From an uncultured Thermoplasmata archaeon (lineage in GTDB: Archaea > Thermoplasmatota > Thermoplasmata > Lutacidiplasmatales > UBA184): a DNA stretch of 64,000 nucleotides. This document shows, one piece after another, positions 19,334-30,371 of the stretch. The notes beneath the pieces were generated by a model. It did no database searches, was not told the DNA's origin, and was given only the letters and a program-made list of their open reading frames with translations. Both the position numbers and the translations under genes were made by a program. The stretch spans positions 1,287,634-1,351,633 of the forward strand of contig CAVVLV010000001.1 in NCBI GenBank assembly GCA_963749235.1. Direction: 5' to 3'. How positions within the stretch are numbered: position 1 is the first letter of the stretch; the number at the start of each line of letters is the position of its first letter.

Positions 19334-20491
19334 ATGAAGATGTGGGTCTACATCGTTCGTCGCCTTCTCCTGGTGATCCCGGTCGTTCTGGGCGTGATGA
19401 CGATCACGTTCATCCTCGTAAGCGGGATCCCGACCGCGGAGCGGTGCCTGGCCGTTATTGGAGCTCCCCCTACCCACGGCGGGGCGGCCGCGCTCCAGCG
19501 GTACACCGCCCACTGTGATTCCAAGCTCGGATTGAACAAACCGATCCTTTCCCAGTGGGCGATCTACATGGGCAACACCCTCACCTTTCAATGGGGGGTC
19601 GTCGGGAACGGGAGTACCGCCGCCTCGGTCATCCCCGTCATCGCCGGTCAGCCCGTGACCACGGCCTTGGGCTGGCTTCTCCCGTACACGATCGAGCTCG
19701 CCGTTTTCTCCCTCGCCATCATTCTCCTCGTCTCGATCCCCCTTGGCCAGTTGTCGGCGGTGTACCGGAATCGCCCGATCGACCAGGCCTCGCGGGTCAT
19801 GTCGTTCTCGGGATTCGCCATCCCCACCTACCTGCTCGGCGCCCTGACGCTGATTGGGGCGGTGCTCGTCATCGCCAACTATCATTGGGCGGGCTGCAGC
19901 GGCCCGTTCCTCGAGATCTACGGTTCCTGGCCGAAGGCCGGCTGCCTGATTGGCTCCAGCCCCTCGAACAACAACTACCCGCTATGGCTCCAGTTCGGGA
20001 CGGTCTCGTCGCCGACCGGCTTCCCCACGATCGATGCCGCCCTCCACGGACAGTGGATCCTCGCGGGAGACACCGTCCTCCGTATGGTCTTCCCGGCCCT
20101 CATCATCGCCTACGGCTCGATCGCCCTACTCCTCCGTTTCGTCCGGAATAGCATGCTGGAGGTCATGAACTTGGACTTCATCCGAACGGCCCGCGCCAAG
20201 GGCGTGGCCGAGTCGGTCGTCGTAAAACGCCATGCGGGACGCAACTCCCTCAACGTCACCGTCACGGTCCTCGGCCTCACCTTCGCCTTTTTCATCGGGG
20301 GGTTCCCCATCATCGAGGAGGTTTTCGGCCTCCAGGGGGTCGGACGGGCCCTCGCCCTCTCCGTCCAGCAGCCCTACGACCTGGGGCTCATCTTCGGGAG
20401 CACGATCCTATTCACCTTCATCGTAGTGTTCGCGAACATCATCGTGGATGTGATCTACGCCTTCCTGGATCCCCGGGTCCGGTTGGGGTAG
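19334..20491 (+). CDS. dppB: Peptide ABC transporter permease DppB/OppB, paralog 2
   Basis: 385 aa; 'DFIRTARAKG', 'HAGRNSL', ends 'LDPRVRLG'. Confidence 0.93.
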   Translation: MKMWVYIVRRLLLVIPVVLGVMTITFILVSGIPTAERCLAVIGAPPTHGGAAALQRYTAHCDSKLGLNKPILSQWAIYMGNTLTFQWGVVGNGSTAASVIPVIAGQPVTTALGWLLPYTIELAVFSLAIILLVSIPLGQLSAVYRNRPIDQASRVMSFSGFAIPTYLLGALTLIGAVLVIANYHWAGCSGPFLEIYGSWPKAGCLIGSSPSNNNYPLWLQFGTVSSPTGFPTIDAALHGQWILAGDTVLRMVFPALIIAYGSIALLLRFVRNSMLEVMNLDFIRTARAKGVAESVVVKRHAGRNSLNVTVTVLGLTFAFFIGGFPIIEEVFGLQGVGRALALSVQQPYDLGLIFGSTILFTFIVVFANIIVDVIYAFLDPRVRLG

Positions 20492-20540
20492 GGACTCCGA
20501 AAGGCCTCGCGGGCCGCCCTCGGCGCGGTTGGTTTTGACG

Positions 20541-20548
20541 TATATATA
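20541..20548 (+). promoter_or_regulatory. TATA box upstream of dppB paralog 3 and dppCDF
   Basis: TATATATA about 65 nt upstream of the ATG at 20612. Confidence 0.5.
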
Positions 20549-20611
20549 GGTGGATTCCACTGGGCTTGCCGAGCCGAGCCGGTCGAGGCGAGGCCAAGGG
20601 GGAGTTCCCGG

Positions 20612-21769
20612 ATGCGGATGTGGGTCTACGTCATCCGGCGACTCTTCCTCCTCATCCCAGTCGTCCTCGGCGTCATGACCATCACCTTCATTCTCGTCAG
20701 TGGGATCCCGGCCTCCGAGCGGTGTCTCGCCGTCATCGGCCCCCCGCCTACGCACGGAGGGGCTCCGGCCCAAGCGGCGTACATGGCGCACTGCGATTCT
20801 AAGCTCGGCTTGAACAAACCCATCTACGCCCAGTGGGCCTTCTACATGGGCAATACGCTCACGTTCCATTGGGGGTTGGTCGGTAACGGAAGTACGGCTG
20901 CCTCCGTCATCCCCGTCATTGCCGGTCAACCCGTGACCACGGCGCTCGCCTGGCTGCTCCCCTACACGATCGAATTGGCCATCTTTGCGCTCCTGATCAT
21001 CCTAATCGTTGCCATCCCCCTCGGGCGACTTTCGGCGGTTTATCGGAACCGACCGATCGACCAGGCCTCCCGGGTCATGTCCTTCTCGGGGTTCGCCATC
21101 CCCTCCTTCCTCCTCGGTTCCCTCGCTCTCATAGGTGCCGTGCTGATCATCACGAACTACCACTGGGCGGGCTGCAGTGGACCGTATCTCGAGATGTACG
21201 GTTCCTGGCCCAAAGCTGGCTGCATGGTCGGCGCCAGCCCGTCGAACAACAATTACCCCCTGTGGCTCCAGTTCGGTACCGTGTCCTCGCCCACCGGGTT
21301 CCCCACCGTTGACGCCGCGATCCATGGCCAATGGGTCGTGGCCGGGGACACGATCCTCCGGATGGTCTTCCCGGCGCTTATCATCGCCTACGGCGCGATC
21401 GCGCTGCTCCTTCGGTTCGTCCGGAACAGCATGCTCGAGGTCATGAACTTGGACTTCATCCGAACCGCGCGGGCCAAGGGCGTCCCCGAGTCGGTGGTCG
21501 TGAAGCGCCACGCGGGGCGGAACTCCCTCAACGTCACGATCACGGTCCTCGGCCTTACCTTCGCGTTCTTCATCGGCGGTTTCCCCATCATCGAGGAGGT
21601 CTTCGGTCTCCAGGGCGTCGGCCGGGCCCTGGCCCTTTCCGTCCAGCAGCCCTACGACCTCGGCCTCATCTTCGGGACGACCATCCTCTTCACGTTCATC
21701 GTTGTGTTCGCGAACATCATCGTCGACGTGGTGTACGCGTTCCTAGATCCCCGGGTGAGGTTGGGGTAA
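20612..21769 (+). CDS. dppB: Peptide ABC transporter permease DppB/OppB, paralog 3
   Basis: 385 aa with the same motifs; stop is 1 nt before the dppC start. Confidence 0.93.
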   Translation: MRMWVYVIRRLFLLIPVVLGVMTITFILVSGIPASERCLAVIGPPPTHGGAPAQAAYMAHCDSKLGLNKPIYAQWAFYMGNTLTFHWGLVGNGSTAASVIPVIAGQPVTTALAWLLPYTIELAIFALLIILIVAIPLGRLSAVYRNRPIDQASRVMSFSGFAIPSFLLGSLALIGAVLIITNYHWAGCSGPYLEMYGSWPKAGCMVGASPSNNNYPLWLQFGTVSSPTGFPTVDAAIHGQWVVAGDTILRMVFPALIIAYGAIALLLRFVRNSMLEVMNLDFIRTARAKGVPESVVVKRHAGRNSLNVTITVLGLTFAFFIGGFPIIEEVFGLQGVGRALALSVQQPYDLGLIFGTTILFTFIVVFANIIVDVVYAFLDPRVRLG

Positions 21770-21770
21770 G

Positions 21771-22934
21771 ATGGTCGCGGAGGTCCCGAGCTCGTCCGCC
21801 ACCACGGTATCAACCCGACCGTCCGGTCGTCGCCCGAACCCGAGGATCCAGCAATGGAAGCGAACGTGGTACTTCCTCCGTCGCAACACGCTGGCGATGG
21901 TGGGCCTGGGGATCATCATTTTTCTCGTCTTCATCGCGCTCTACGCCCTAACCCAGCCGTACCCATGGACGGACCTCAACAACTACTGCGCGTATACGCC
22001 CGGGTCCGGTTCGTTCTGTGCACCGGGAGAACCGTCGGTGTGCGTCTACACCCCGGGAACCGCCGCCCCGGCGCCCGGCTGCTACCAGACCCCCTCCCAG
22101 TTCCCTTCCTTCATCCCACCTACCGTTACTTTCTCTCCTTTTGCTACGGGTCCGTTGCCGCTCGGCTCGTTCATCTCCAGCGTCTCGAACCCCGGGAGCG
22201 TCCAGTTCTACAACCTGTACCAGGGGATCGTGCGGGGGGCCGACTGGTCCCTCATGCTGTCGGTCTCTATCGTCGGTTCGGGAGCCGCGATCGGTCTCCT
22301 CGTAGGGGCCGTCTCAGGGTACTTCGGAGGACTGGTGGACGAGGCCCTGATGCGGTTCGTCGACATCATGCTCTCGATCCCCCAACTCCTCTTCGTCCTG
22401 ATCACGGTCGCCGTCATTTCCCAGCTTGCCGTTTTCGGAGATTCGCTCGAGACCCGCATGGGTCTCCTCATCGCGGCCTTCGTCGTCGTGTGGTGGCCGT
22501 TCTACGCCCGTATTGTCCGAGGACAGGTTCTCGTTACGCGCGAGATGAAGTTCGTGGAGGCGGCGAAGGCGAGCGGCGCCTCGGCCGGCCGTATCGTGCG
22601 CAAGCACATCATTCCCAACTCCGTCTACCCCGTATTCGTCCAGATGTCCCTCGACGTGGGTTCCGTTCCGCTCCTGATCGGGGGCCTGATCTATCTCGGA
22701 TTCACCACGATCTTTCCGTCCAATACCTTCCCCGAATGGGGGACCCTTTCGGCGCTTTCGGTCAACCCCGCCGTGCTGACGAGCATTCTGGTGAACAGTG
22801 AGCTCAACATCGCGGTCTACGTACCGTGGTGGATGATGCTGTTCCCGGGTCTCATGCTCTTCATGTTCGCGATCAGCGTGAACTTCCTGTCGGACGGGTT
22901 GCGCGACGCGCTCGACCCCCGACTGCGCCGATAG
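21771..22934 (+). CDS. dppC: Peptide ABC transporter permease DppC/OppC
   Basis: 'SGYFGGLVDEALMRFVDIMLSIP', 'EAAKASGA', 'DGLRDALDPR'. Confidence 0.93.
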   Translation: MVAEVPSSSATTVSTRPSGRRPNPRIQQWKRTWYFLRRNTLAMVGLGIIIFLVFIALYALTQPYPWTDLNNYCAYTPGSGSFCAPGEPSVCVYTPGTAAPAPGCYQTPSQFPSFIPPTVTFSPFATGPLPLGSFISSVSNPGSVQFYNLYQGIVRGADWSLMLSVSIVGSGAAIGLLVGAVSGYFGGLVDEALMRFVDIMLSIPQLLFVLITVAVISQLAVFGDSLETRMGLLIAAFVVVWWPFYARIVRGQVLVTREMKFVEAAKASGASAGRIVRKHIIPNSVYPVFVQMSLDVGSVPLLIGGLIYLGFTTIFPSNTFPEWGTLSALSVNPAVLTSILVNSELNIAVYVPWWMMLFPGLMLFMFAISVNFLSDGLRDALDPRLRR

Positions 22935-22942
22935 AGGGTGGC

Positions 22943-24574
22943 ATGGCATCTTCGTTCCAGGAACGGGCTCCGTCCGTGGGCAGCAAGGAGATGATGACCG
23001 GGGTTCCGGCCGCCCGGACGGCCCCGCTCTCTTCGTCCACCGAGCCGGAAGCGGCGAAGTCCCCGGTCGTTCTGGACGTGCGGGATCTCAAGACCTATTT
23101 CTTCACCTACGATGGGGTCGTCAAGGCCCTGGACGGGGTCTCGTTCAAGATCCGTAAGGGCGAGACGCTCGGCCTGGTCGGCGAGACCGGGTGCGGCAAG
23201 AGCGTGACGGCGTTCTCCATCACCCGCCTCATCACCGACCCGCCGGGGCGGGTCATGAGCGGCAAGGTGCTCTACCGCGGGGCAAACCTGCTGTGGAACC
23301 TGGAAAAGGAGGCGACCTTCAAGCCGATCCGGAACACGGGTCGGGTCAAGATTCGACGGCGATTCCGCCAGATCCAGGCCGCCACGGAGCGGATGGCGGC
23401 GGTCCGGGGGAGCGGCATCTCCACGATCTTCCAGGAGCCGACCTCCGCGATGAACCCGATCTTCTCGATCGCGGACCAGATTGGAGAAGCCCTCCTGATC
23501 CACCGAGGCACGCTGATCGTCGAGTCCCTCCTGAACGCACATACGGACGATCCCCGGGTCGATCCGGCGATCGACCACCTGCTCGAGATCGCCCGTCATG
23601 GCACGAATGCGGAGGTGCGGGCGGCCGCGGCCGTGCTCGGCGAGGCGGTCGGGGTAGCCTCCTTCGGAACGCAGGCGTACTACATTCTTCGCGAGGCCGG
23701 CCCGAGCGCGGGAGAGAGCCGTCCCGACATCGTGCGGGCGATGGCCCGACTACGCCCGAACGGGATCCAGCGGACGTATCTCCGACGGGAACTCCGATAC
23801 GCGGAACTGCGGAAGCTCACCAACGACCTGTTCCTGACAGAGATGCGGACCTCCACCCCCCACCGTCTGGCCCGCGCCTCCTTGCGACGGAAGCACTCGA
23901 GCATGCGGATCCGTACGCTCTACCTCGATCTCTGGGGGATCCGGGGCCGCTCCCGCCAGGCGCTCAAGGACGAGCTGTTCTGGCGAACGGTGGGTCTGCT
24001 CGAAGGCGTGGCGATCGCCAACCCGGTCCAGGTCGCCCGCGGATTCCCCCACGAGCTGTCGGGCGGGATGCTCCAGCGGGTCATGATCGCCATGTCCCTC
24101 TCCTCCGAGCCGGACATCCTGCTCGCGGACGAGCCCACCACGGCGCTCGATGTGACGATCCAGGCCCAGATCCTCGAGCTGATGCGGGACTTGAAGAGCC
24201 GCGTCGGAACGGCCATCGTGCTGATCACGCACGACCTCGCGGTCATCGCCGAGGTGGCCGATCGGGTGTGCGTGATGTACGCGGGGCACATCGTAGAGAC
24301 CGCGCCGGTGCGCGATCTTTACCACCGGCCGCTCCATCCCTACACGCAGGGCTTGCTCGCGTCCATCCCCCGGTTCGACCAGCCGGACAAGGAATTGATC
24401 TCGATCCCCGGGTCGGTCCCGAACCTGATCACCCCCCCCTCCGGATGCCGATTCCACCCCCGGTGTCCGTACGCGATGCCCGTCTGCAAGACCACGCATC
24501 CGCCGACAACGGTCGAGGGGACGTCACACACCGTCGCGTGCTATTTATACACGGGGCCGGTCGCAGTAGAGTGA
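22943..24574 (+). CDS. dppD: Peptide ABC transporter ATPase DppD/OppD with large insertions
   Basis: Walker A 'GETGCGKS', 'LSGGMLQR', 'DEPTTALD', C-terminal 'GCRFHPRC...C...VAC'. Confidence 0.92.
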   Translation: MASSFQERAPSVGSKEMMTGVPAARTAPLSSSTEPEAAKSPVVLDVRDLKTYFFTYDGVVKALDGVSFKIRKGETLGLVGETGCGKSVTAFSITRLITDPPGRVMSGKVLYRGANLLWNLEKEATFKPIRNTGRVKIRRRFRQIQAATERMAAVRGSGISTIFQEPTSAMNPIFSIADQIGEALLIHRGTLIVESLLNAHTDDPRVDPAIDHLLEIARHGTNAEVRAAAAVLGEAVGVASFGTQAYYILREAGPSAGESRPDIVRAMARLRPNGIQRTYLRRELRYAELRKLTNDLFLTEMRTSTPHRLARASLRRKHSSMRIRTLYLDLWGIRGRSRQALKDELFWRTVGLLEGVAIANPVQVARGFPHELSGGMLQRVMIAMSLSSEPDILLADEPTTALDVTIQAQILELMRDLKSRVGTAIVLITHDLAVIAEVADRVCVMYAGHIVETAPVRDLYHRPLHPYTQGLLASIPRFDQPDKELISIPGSVPNLITPPSGCRFHPRCPYAMPVCKTTHPPTTVEGTSHTVACYLYTGPVAVE

Positions 24575-25812
24575 CCGCCGAAGGGGCCTCCGCGGTGTCG
24601 TCCACACTGGCCCCGGTGGTCGTGAGCGCCCACAATGTCCGCAAGCTCTTCCCCATCCGGGGAGGGGTCTTTTCCACCAAGATCGGGGACGTGCGCGCGG
24701 TCGACGGGGTCAGCCTGGATGTCCGCGAAGGCGAAACGGTCGGGCTCGTGGGCGAGTCGGGATGCGGCAAGACGACGGTCGGCCGCCTCCTCCTCCGACT
24801 GATCGAGCCGACCTCAGGACATACCTTCTACCGGCCCCCCGAGGCGACGTACGATCGCCTCAACCAGATCTACGACCAACTCGCCCCCTCGCTCTCCCCG
24901 ACCGACGGGGCCGCCTCGGCCTCCCCAGAGGCGATCAAGCTTCTCGCCGAGCTGGATGATCTTGCGGACCGGTACTCCATCTACCGGCAGCGGGGGAAGA
25001 ACCTCGCGAAGGTCCGCGAGAAGCTCCAGATCGTCTTCCAGGACCCGTTCAGCTCCCTGAGCCCGAGGATGCTCATCCGCGATGTCGTGGCGGAGCCCCT
25101 CGAGATCCACCACGTGGGGACTCGGTCGCAGCGCTACCAGCGGGTCGCCGAGCTCCTCCAGGAGGTCGGGTTGAACCCCGAACACCTTTGGAGGTTCCCG
25201 CACGAGTTCTCGGGCGGCCAGCGCCAACGGATCGGCATCGCCCGGGCCCTCGCCCTGCGCCCGGAGTTCATCGTGCTCGACGAGCCGACGAGCGCCCTCG
25301 ACGTTTCGGTGCAGGCCCAGATCCTGAACATCCTTCGGCGCCTCCAGCAGGAGCAGCGCCTCTCCTACCTGTTCATCTCGCACCACTTGTCGGTCGTCCG
25401 GGCCATCAGCCACAGCGTGGTGGTAATGTACCTCGGGAAGGTCGTAGAACGGGCCCCCACCGACGAGCTCTTCACCCGCCCGCTCCACCCCTACACGCAG
25501 GCCCTGCTCTCGGCCATCCCGATCCCGGACCCCGATCTCAAGCGGGAGCGGATCATCCTGCAGGGCGATGTTCCGAGCCCCGCCGCCCCCCCGCCCGGGT
25601 GCCGGTTCCACACGCGGTGCCCCGCAGTGATGCCAATCTGCTCCAACGTCGAGCCGCCCTTGATCCAGGTCCGGGAGCACCACTACGTGGCCTGCCATCT
25701 CTACCCCGATGCCCGCGCCCCGACGGGGGCCTCCGCCGCGGAGCTGGGTCCGGCCGCCGGCTCCCTCGAGGCCGGCCCGCTGACGAGCTCGGCCCCCTCC
25801 GTCGCCGGGTAG
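24571..25812 (+). CDS. dppF: Peptide ABC transporter ATPase DppF/OppF
   Basis: GTG start overlapping the dppD stop; 'GESGCGKT', 'FSGGQRQRI', 'DEPTSALD'. Confidence 0.92.
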   Translation: MTAEGASAVSSTLAPVVVSAHNVRKLFPIRGGVFSTKIGDVRAVDGVSLDVREGETVGLVGESGCGKTTVGRLLLRLIEPTSGHTFYRPPEATYDRLNQIYDQLAPSLSPTDGAASASPEAIKLLAELDDLADRYSIYRQRGKNLAKVREKLQIVFQDPFSSLSPRMLIRDVVAEPLEIHHVGTRSQRYQRVAELLQEVGLNPEHLWRFPHEFSGGQRQRIGIARALALRPEFIVLDEPTSALDVSVQAQILNILRRLQQEQRLSYLFISHHLSVVRAISHSVVVMYLGKVVERAPTDELFTRPLHPYTQALLSAIPIPDPDLKRERIILQGDVPSPAAPPPGCRFHTRCPAVMPICSNVEPPLIQVREHHYVACHLYPDARAPTGASAAELGPAAGSLEAGPLTSSAPSVAG

Positions 25813-25825
25813 CCGGGACGCGCCC

Positions 25826-26302
25826 GTGAGCTCGCCCCCTTCTCGACCCGGCGCCCTGCCGGACGATACGGCCAAGTTCACCGACATCGCGACCGACCCG
25901 AGCTACCGGATCATCCTGGACCAGGTCGCCGCGGAGAAGAAGGCCGCGCTGCTCGACCCCGGCCCTCCCTGGAAGGAGTGGGCGCTGCACACCGCCGCCA
26001 AGTGGTACCTGGGGCTCGGCTTCCTTACGGTGAACGGCTGGATCGCGGGGTTCTTCCTGTTCTACGACATCTACTGGCCGATCGCTCCGCTGGTCGCCCT
26101 CGCCCTCTACGGGGAGTATCTGGCCTGGCAATTCCTCTGGTTCCGCCCCGAGATCTACCGTCGCAGCTCCAGCCGTCATCACTGGACCTCCTCCCGGTGG
26201 GTCCACCCGGTACCCTACGGCCGTTGGACCCCCGAGGCCGACCTCGCCCGCAGCGGGAAGGGCTCCGCCTCGGGACAGGTCGACCCGTCCGAGTTCCTCT
26301 AG
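25826..26302 (+). CDS. Hypothetical 2-TM membrane protein
   Basis: 158 aa with aromatic-rich TM segments, directly downstream of dppF. Confidence 0.6.
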   Translation: MSSPPSRPGALPDDTAKFTDIATDPSYRIILDQVAAEKKAALLDPGPPWKEWALHTAAKWYLGLGFLTVNGWIAGFFLFYDIYWPIAPLVALALYGEYLAWQFLWFRPEIYRRSSSRHHWTSSRWVHPVPYGRWTPEADLARSGKGSASGQVDPSEFL

Positions 26303-26461
26303 GTCGCGGGGTTGGCCCCCGGCACGGGGGTGCCCCGACACGGACCTGATGGCCCTCACGGTGGAGAAGGGACGGCCCTCGCCCACTCCAGAAATAAAGA
26401 AAAGGGAAGGAAAGGGTTGGAGGTTCCGGGGCGGGCGCCCCGGAACCTTACTGGCTCCCGT

Positions 26462-29400
26462 CTAGACGAGCCCGTTGCCCTGTACCTCGAACCACAGGCC
26501 GTCTCCGCCCAGACAGACGTTCTGGTTGAGAGAGGCCGGTGCGATCCACGGCGCGTAGCTGCCGACACCCGCTTCCTGGAACTGGTAGACGTAGAGCGCC
26601 AGTTCGTTGGCGATGTGCGACACTTCGTTGTAGTAGAGAGTCCGCTCGGTTCCGACCGGGAACGCACCCGCAATCGAGTCGGCCCAGTTCAGGACCGCGT
26701 AGGCCCATCCCTGGCAGTCCTGCGGGACTCCGCCCATGTTCGCCCATGCCACCAGGCTCGCCCAGGTGTTGGTCTGGTCGGGGCAGCTGCCGGACTCGGT
26801 ACTGCGAGAGCACCTCGTTCACCGCGTCGGGCGCCGTGTACGTTGCGTCGGGCGCGTACAGCGGAGCCGTGTAGTCGGTGGGGTCGGGGTAGTCGGGCAG
26901 CCAGCCGAGCACGCTGAAGGTCAGCGGGCTCTGGTAGGCCGAGCTCGTCAGGAAGTACACGACCAACTGGGAGAACGTCAGGTCGACCTCTTGGGTGACC
27001 TTCAGGTGTCCGCCCGACAGGGTGTTGATGTACTGGTCGTAGATCGGGTACTGCCCGTTCTGCAGCGTGTCGCCCTGCTCCCCTTCGACCGGGAACTCAC
27101 ACGGCGACGCCGAGGTGCACGAGGCGAGTTGCGGGTCGTAGTACGGCGAGGTCGGGTCGTTGGCCTGCGCCCACCACCACGCGGCACCGCCCACGTCCGC
27201 CGGGTTGGAATCCGGCTGACCTGCGGGCCAGGTGACGTTGTTCGCGTAGTAGTTGCCCATGAAGTGCGGGATAGCGCCTCCATAGTTCAGACCGTAGCTG
27301 ACCCCGTCCACGCTGAGCACCTGTTGCAGGTCCTGGGTGTAGGGGAAGGCGTTCACCAGGAACTGCCGGAGTCCGACGTACGAGAAGAAGTCGCTCCAGT
27401 GCCCGCCGCCGAGAGCGGACGGGATGTTGAGCGACCCCGTGTAGTACCCCGGTACCGTGGACAGGTTCACGGCCATGTTGATCGGGTCGAAGAAGATGCT
27501 GATCGTCGGCACCGTCTGAATCCCGATCTTGCCCGCGGCCTGCAGGTTCAGCAACGTCGCTGTATCCGATGTCTGGATACCCGCGAAGTCGGCCTGACCC
27601 TGTAGGTACTGTTGGATACCGACCTGGTCGGACGGCTCCCAGAACACGTTCACCGTGTGCGCGTACATTCCGGCCGGCGGTTCGCACCAGTAGTTGCCCG
27701 CGCAGTTCGGCTGGCCGTAGGCGGGGTTCGCCTGCAGCACGTAGCCGACTCCCTTGTTGATGCTCACCAGGTAGTAGGGGCCGGATCCAACGCCGTTGAA
27801 CCGGGTCGAGGTGAACACGTTCGGGGAGTTGAACGAGTTGTTCTGGTACGAGTCCCAGGCGTAGATGGAGGTGGTGTTGTCCAACCAGTCCCTCCAGGTC
27901 GCCGAGTTGGTGGTGCCGCCCGTGCCCGCGCCGCCGGGAAGGGCGCAAGGTCCGTCACCGTTGGCCGCGGTCGTCCCAAAGCCGGGGAGACCCGCGCCCT
28001 GGGCGCCGAACCAGCCGCACGGCTCTATGCCGCCGCCGTCCGGGTCCGCCATCAGCTCGAGGAAGAACGGCCAGTCTGCGCCGTTGCCCCACGCGTTGAC
28101 GGTGATACAGCCGTGCTCCTGGGTCAAGGCGATCGAGGGGCAGTAGTTGCTGTCGTTGACGAGCAGCCCGCTCAGGATCCCCTGCGGGGTCGTGTTGTAC
28201 GGGAAGTGCATCCCGCCGTCAAAGGACCCCTGTCCGAAGTTGACGTACGACTGGGTCTGGATCCAGCCCGGCTGCGCGGCAAAGAACGGCAGGTCCGCAA
28301 AGGACGCGGTCCGGCCCAACGACGCCATGACATCAGTGGGGTAGACGCCCCACGCGACGCCGTGTGCCGGGTCGTAGAAGTTCGCGTTCTTGTCGATCAC
28401 GAACGTCCAGTACTGGGGCGACCCGGTGGTCGCGTTGTTCGTGATGAGGTCGTTGCCGTAGAGGGTCGTGCACGCCGCGGTGCCCGGAACGCACGTTGCG
28501 ATCTCAGGCATGTACGAAGCGGTCGAGCTCCCGTTGTAGTAGATCAGGGTCTGGTAGATGTTCGCGATGACCTCGTAGCCGACCGACTCATAGTCGACCG
28601 CCGGGTCGATGCTCGTGGCACCGCCAGGGGCGACTTCGTAGGTGTCGATCGTGCCGGGGTGGGGGTCGGAGCGCGGAGTGCTCGTAAAGGTCGAGCACGA
28701 CGCACATCCCGGGTTGAGGTTGGTCGGCGAGACAAAGACCGTCCAGGTGTAGTTCTGGTAGATGACGACGTGGGACAGAACGTTCTGGATCGGACCGACC
28801 ATGGTGATCTGGTAGTCACCGGGGGTCGAGAAGGCCACGGTCCCCGAGGCACCGGTGACGGTGGACGAGGTGGTCGTGAGCGTTCCGCCGGTCGTCGCCA
28901 GCGTGGCGGCCTCCGGAACCCAGGCGGTGTCCGACGGGCTGGACGTGTAAGTTGCGCCCACTGTGACGGTTCCGCTGCCCTTGACCCACGGCTGGGAGGT
29001 ACCGGACCCGCCGGTCCCGTTCGAGAACGTCGCGGAGAGCGTGGGGTAGAGGCCGGCTGTCGAGGTGGTGATCGAGGGGGTGACCTCGATCGGATAGAGG
29101 TAGCCGGTTCCGTTGTGCGTGACGGTGCCGACGAGGGCGTGCCCGCTCAGCACAAAGGTTCCAAGAGCGTTATACGTGTGGGTGAGCAGAGGGTTCGTGG
29201 ACGAGTTCGTCGTCCCGTCTCCCCAGCTGACACTCCATGTGTTGACCGTCTCACCTTGGGAGACGGAAAGCGACGCGGGAACACTCGTTCCTTGCGCCAC
29301 CGAGGCGACCGTTTGCCCGAACCCTGCCGTATAGGGTACGGTTAGGACCACATCGTTCGGCGCGGTCGATGTTCCCTTACAGTAGGTCGCTGTCGGAGGA

Positions 29401-29597
29401 GAACACGTCGTCACCGAAGTGCTGTGGGTCGAGCCATTGGTCGACGCCGGTGTCGCCGCGTTCAGTCCGAAGTATCCACCCGCTCCAACGATGACGATGA
29501 CCACGATCAAGATCGCGGCCGCCGCTGCCGTCGAGGCGCCTCGACGTCCGGCCCAGCGCTGCGGCTGGGTCGGCGTCGTCTGCTCACTCTCTTCCAT
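26462..29597 (-). CDS. dppA: Large family-5 peptide-binding protein (DppA/OppA) with N-terminal anchor and PKD-like domain (frameshift near 26798)
   Basis: N-terminal TM, 'VSWGDGT...HTY' PKD motif, 'SIDPAVDYE...NIYQTL', 'GSGPYYL', 'GWLPDYPDP'. Removing one C at about 26798 joins it to ORF 26462..26752. Confidence 0.88.
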
Positions 29598-29675
29598 GTG
29601 CTAGGTTCCCCCCGTGTGGAGGTTGCTCACGGAGCACCAACAGTGGTATTTATAGTCTTATGAGTTGGCAACGAC

Positions 29676-30371
29676 GTGGAAAAACCTCGGCCGGGAGCGC
29701 GTTTGGCCCCTTCTCTCTTGAGCGCAGATTTTGGGGACTTGGCCGGGGCCATCCGGCAGGCGGAAGCAGGGGGGGCCGATGCGTTCCATCTCGATGTGAT
29801 GGACGGGCATTTTGTCCCGAACATTTCCTTCGGCCCGGCCCTGGTCCAAGCCGTCCGGCGCCGCACCAAGCTGCCGTTGGACATCCATCTCATGATCTCG
29901 GAGCCGGCCCGGTACGCCTCGGTCTTCCGGACGGCAGGAGGGGACACCCTCGTCTTTCACCTGGAAGCGACGGCCGACCCGGCGGGGGTGGTCCAGGCGA
30001 TCCGGGACACCGGTGCCGCGGTCGGGGCCGCGATCCGGCCGGATACCTCCTATACCACCCTCCACCCGTGGGTCGACCGTCTCGACCAAGTCCTGATCAT
30101 GAGCGTTCACCCGGGGTTCTCCGGTCAGAAATTCCTCCCGGAAGCACTCCCCAAGCTCCGGGCGGCCCGCGCCCAGCTCGACTCGTTGGGGTCGTCGGCC
30201 GACCTTTCGATCGACGGGGGGATCACAGTGGAAACGGCGCGGGAAGCGGCCGCGGCCGGTGCCACGTTCTTCGTCTGCGGGAACTCCACCTTCGTCGGCG
30301 GCTCCGTCGGGGCGAACCTCCAGCAGCTCCGCTCGTCGGTAGCGGAAGGGGCCGGACGTGCGGTTCGTTGA
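29676..30371 (+). CDS. rpe: Ribulose-phosphate 3-epimerase
   Basis: 'APSLLSADF', 'HLDVMDGHFVPN', 'MSVHPGFSGQ', 'IDGGI'. Confidence 0.96.
   Translation: MEKPRPGARLAPSLLSADFGDLAGAIRQAEAGGADAFHLDVMDGHFVPNISFGPALVQAVRRRTKLPLDIHLMISEPARYASVFRTAGGDTLVFHLEATADPAGVVQAIRDTGAAVGAAIRPDTSYTTLHPWVDRLDQVLIMSVHPGFSGQKFLPEALPKLRAARAQLDSLGSSADLSIDGGITVETAREAAAAGATFFVCGNSTFVGGSVGANLQQLRSSVAEGAGRAVR

Noticed and set aside
20605-20624. Partial similarity between the dppB3 start region (TTCCCGGATGCGGATGTGGG) and sequence downstream of tnpB (TTCCCGAGTGCGGTTGGTGC) as a possible guide target
   Set aside because: Only about 14/20 matches with early mismatches, and the guide boundary is unknown; not distinguishable from chance.
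18039-21769. dppB triplication as an assembly duplication artefact
   Set aside because: Copies differ at many synonymous and non-synonymous sites and have unrelated spacers.
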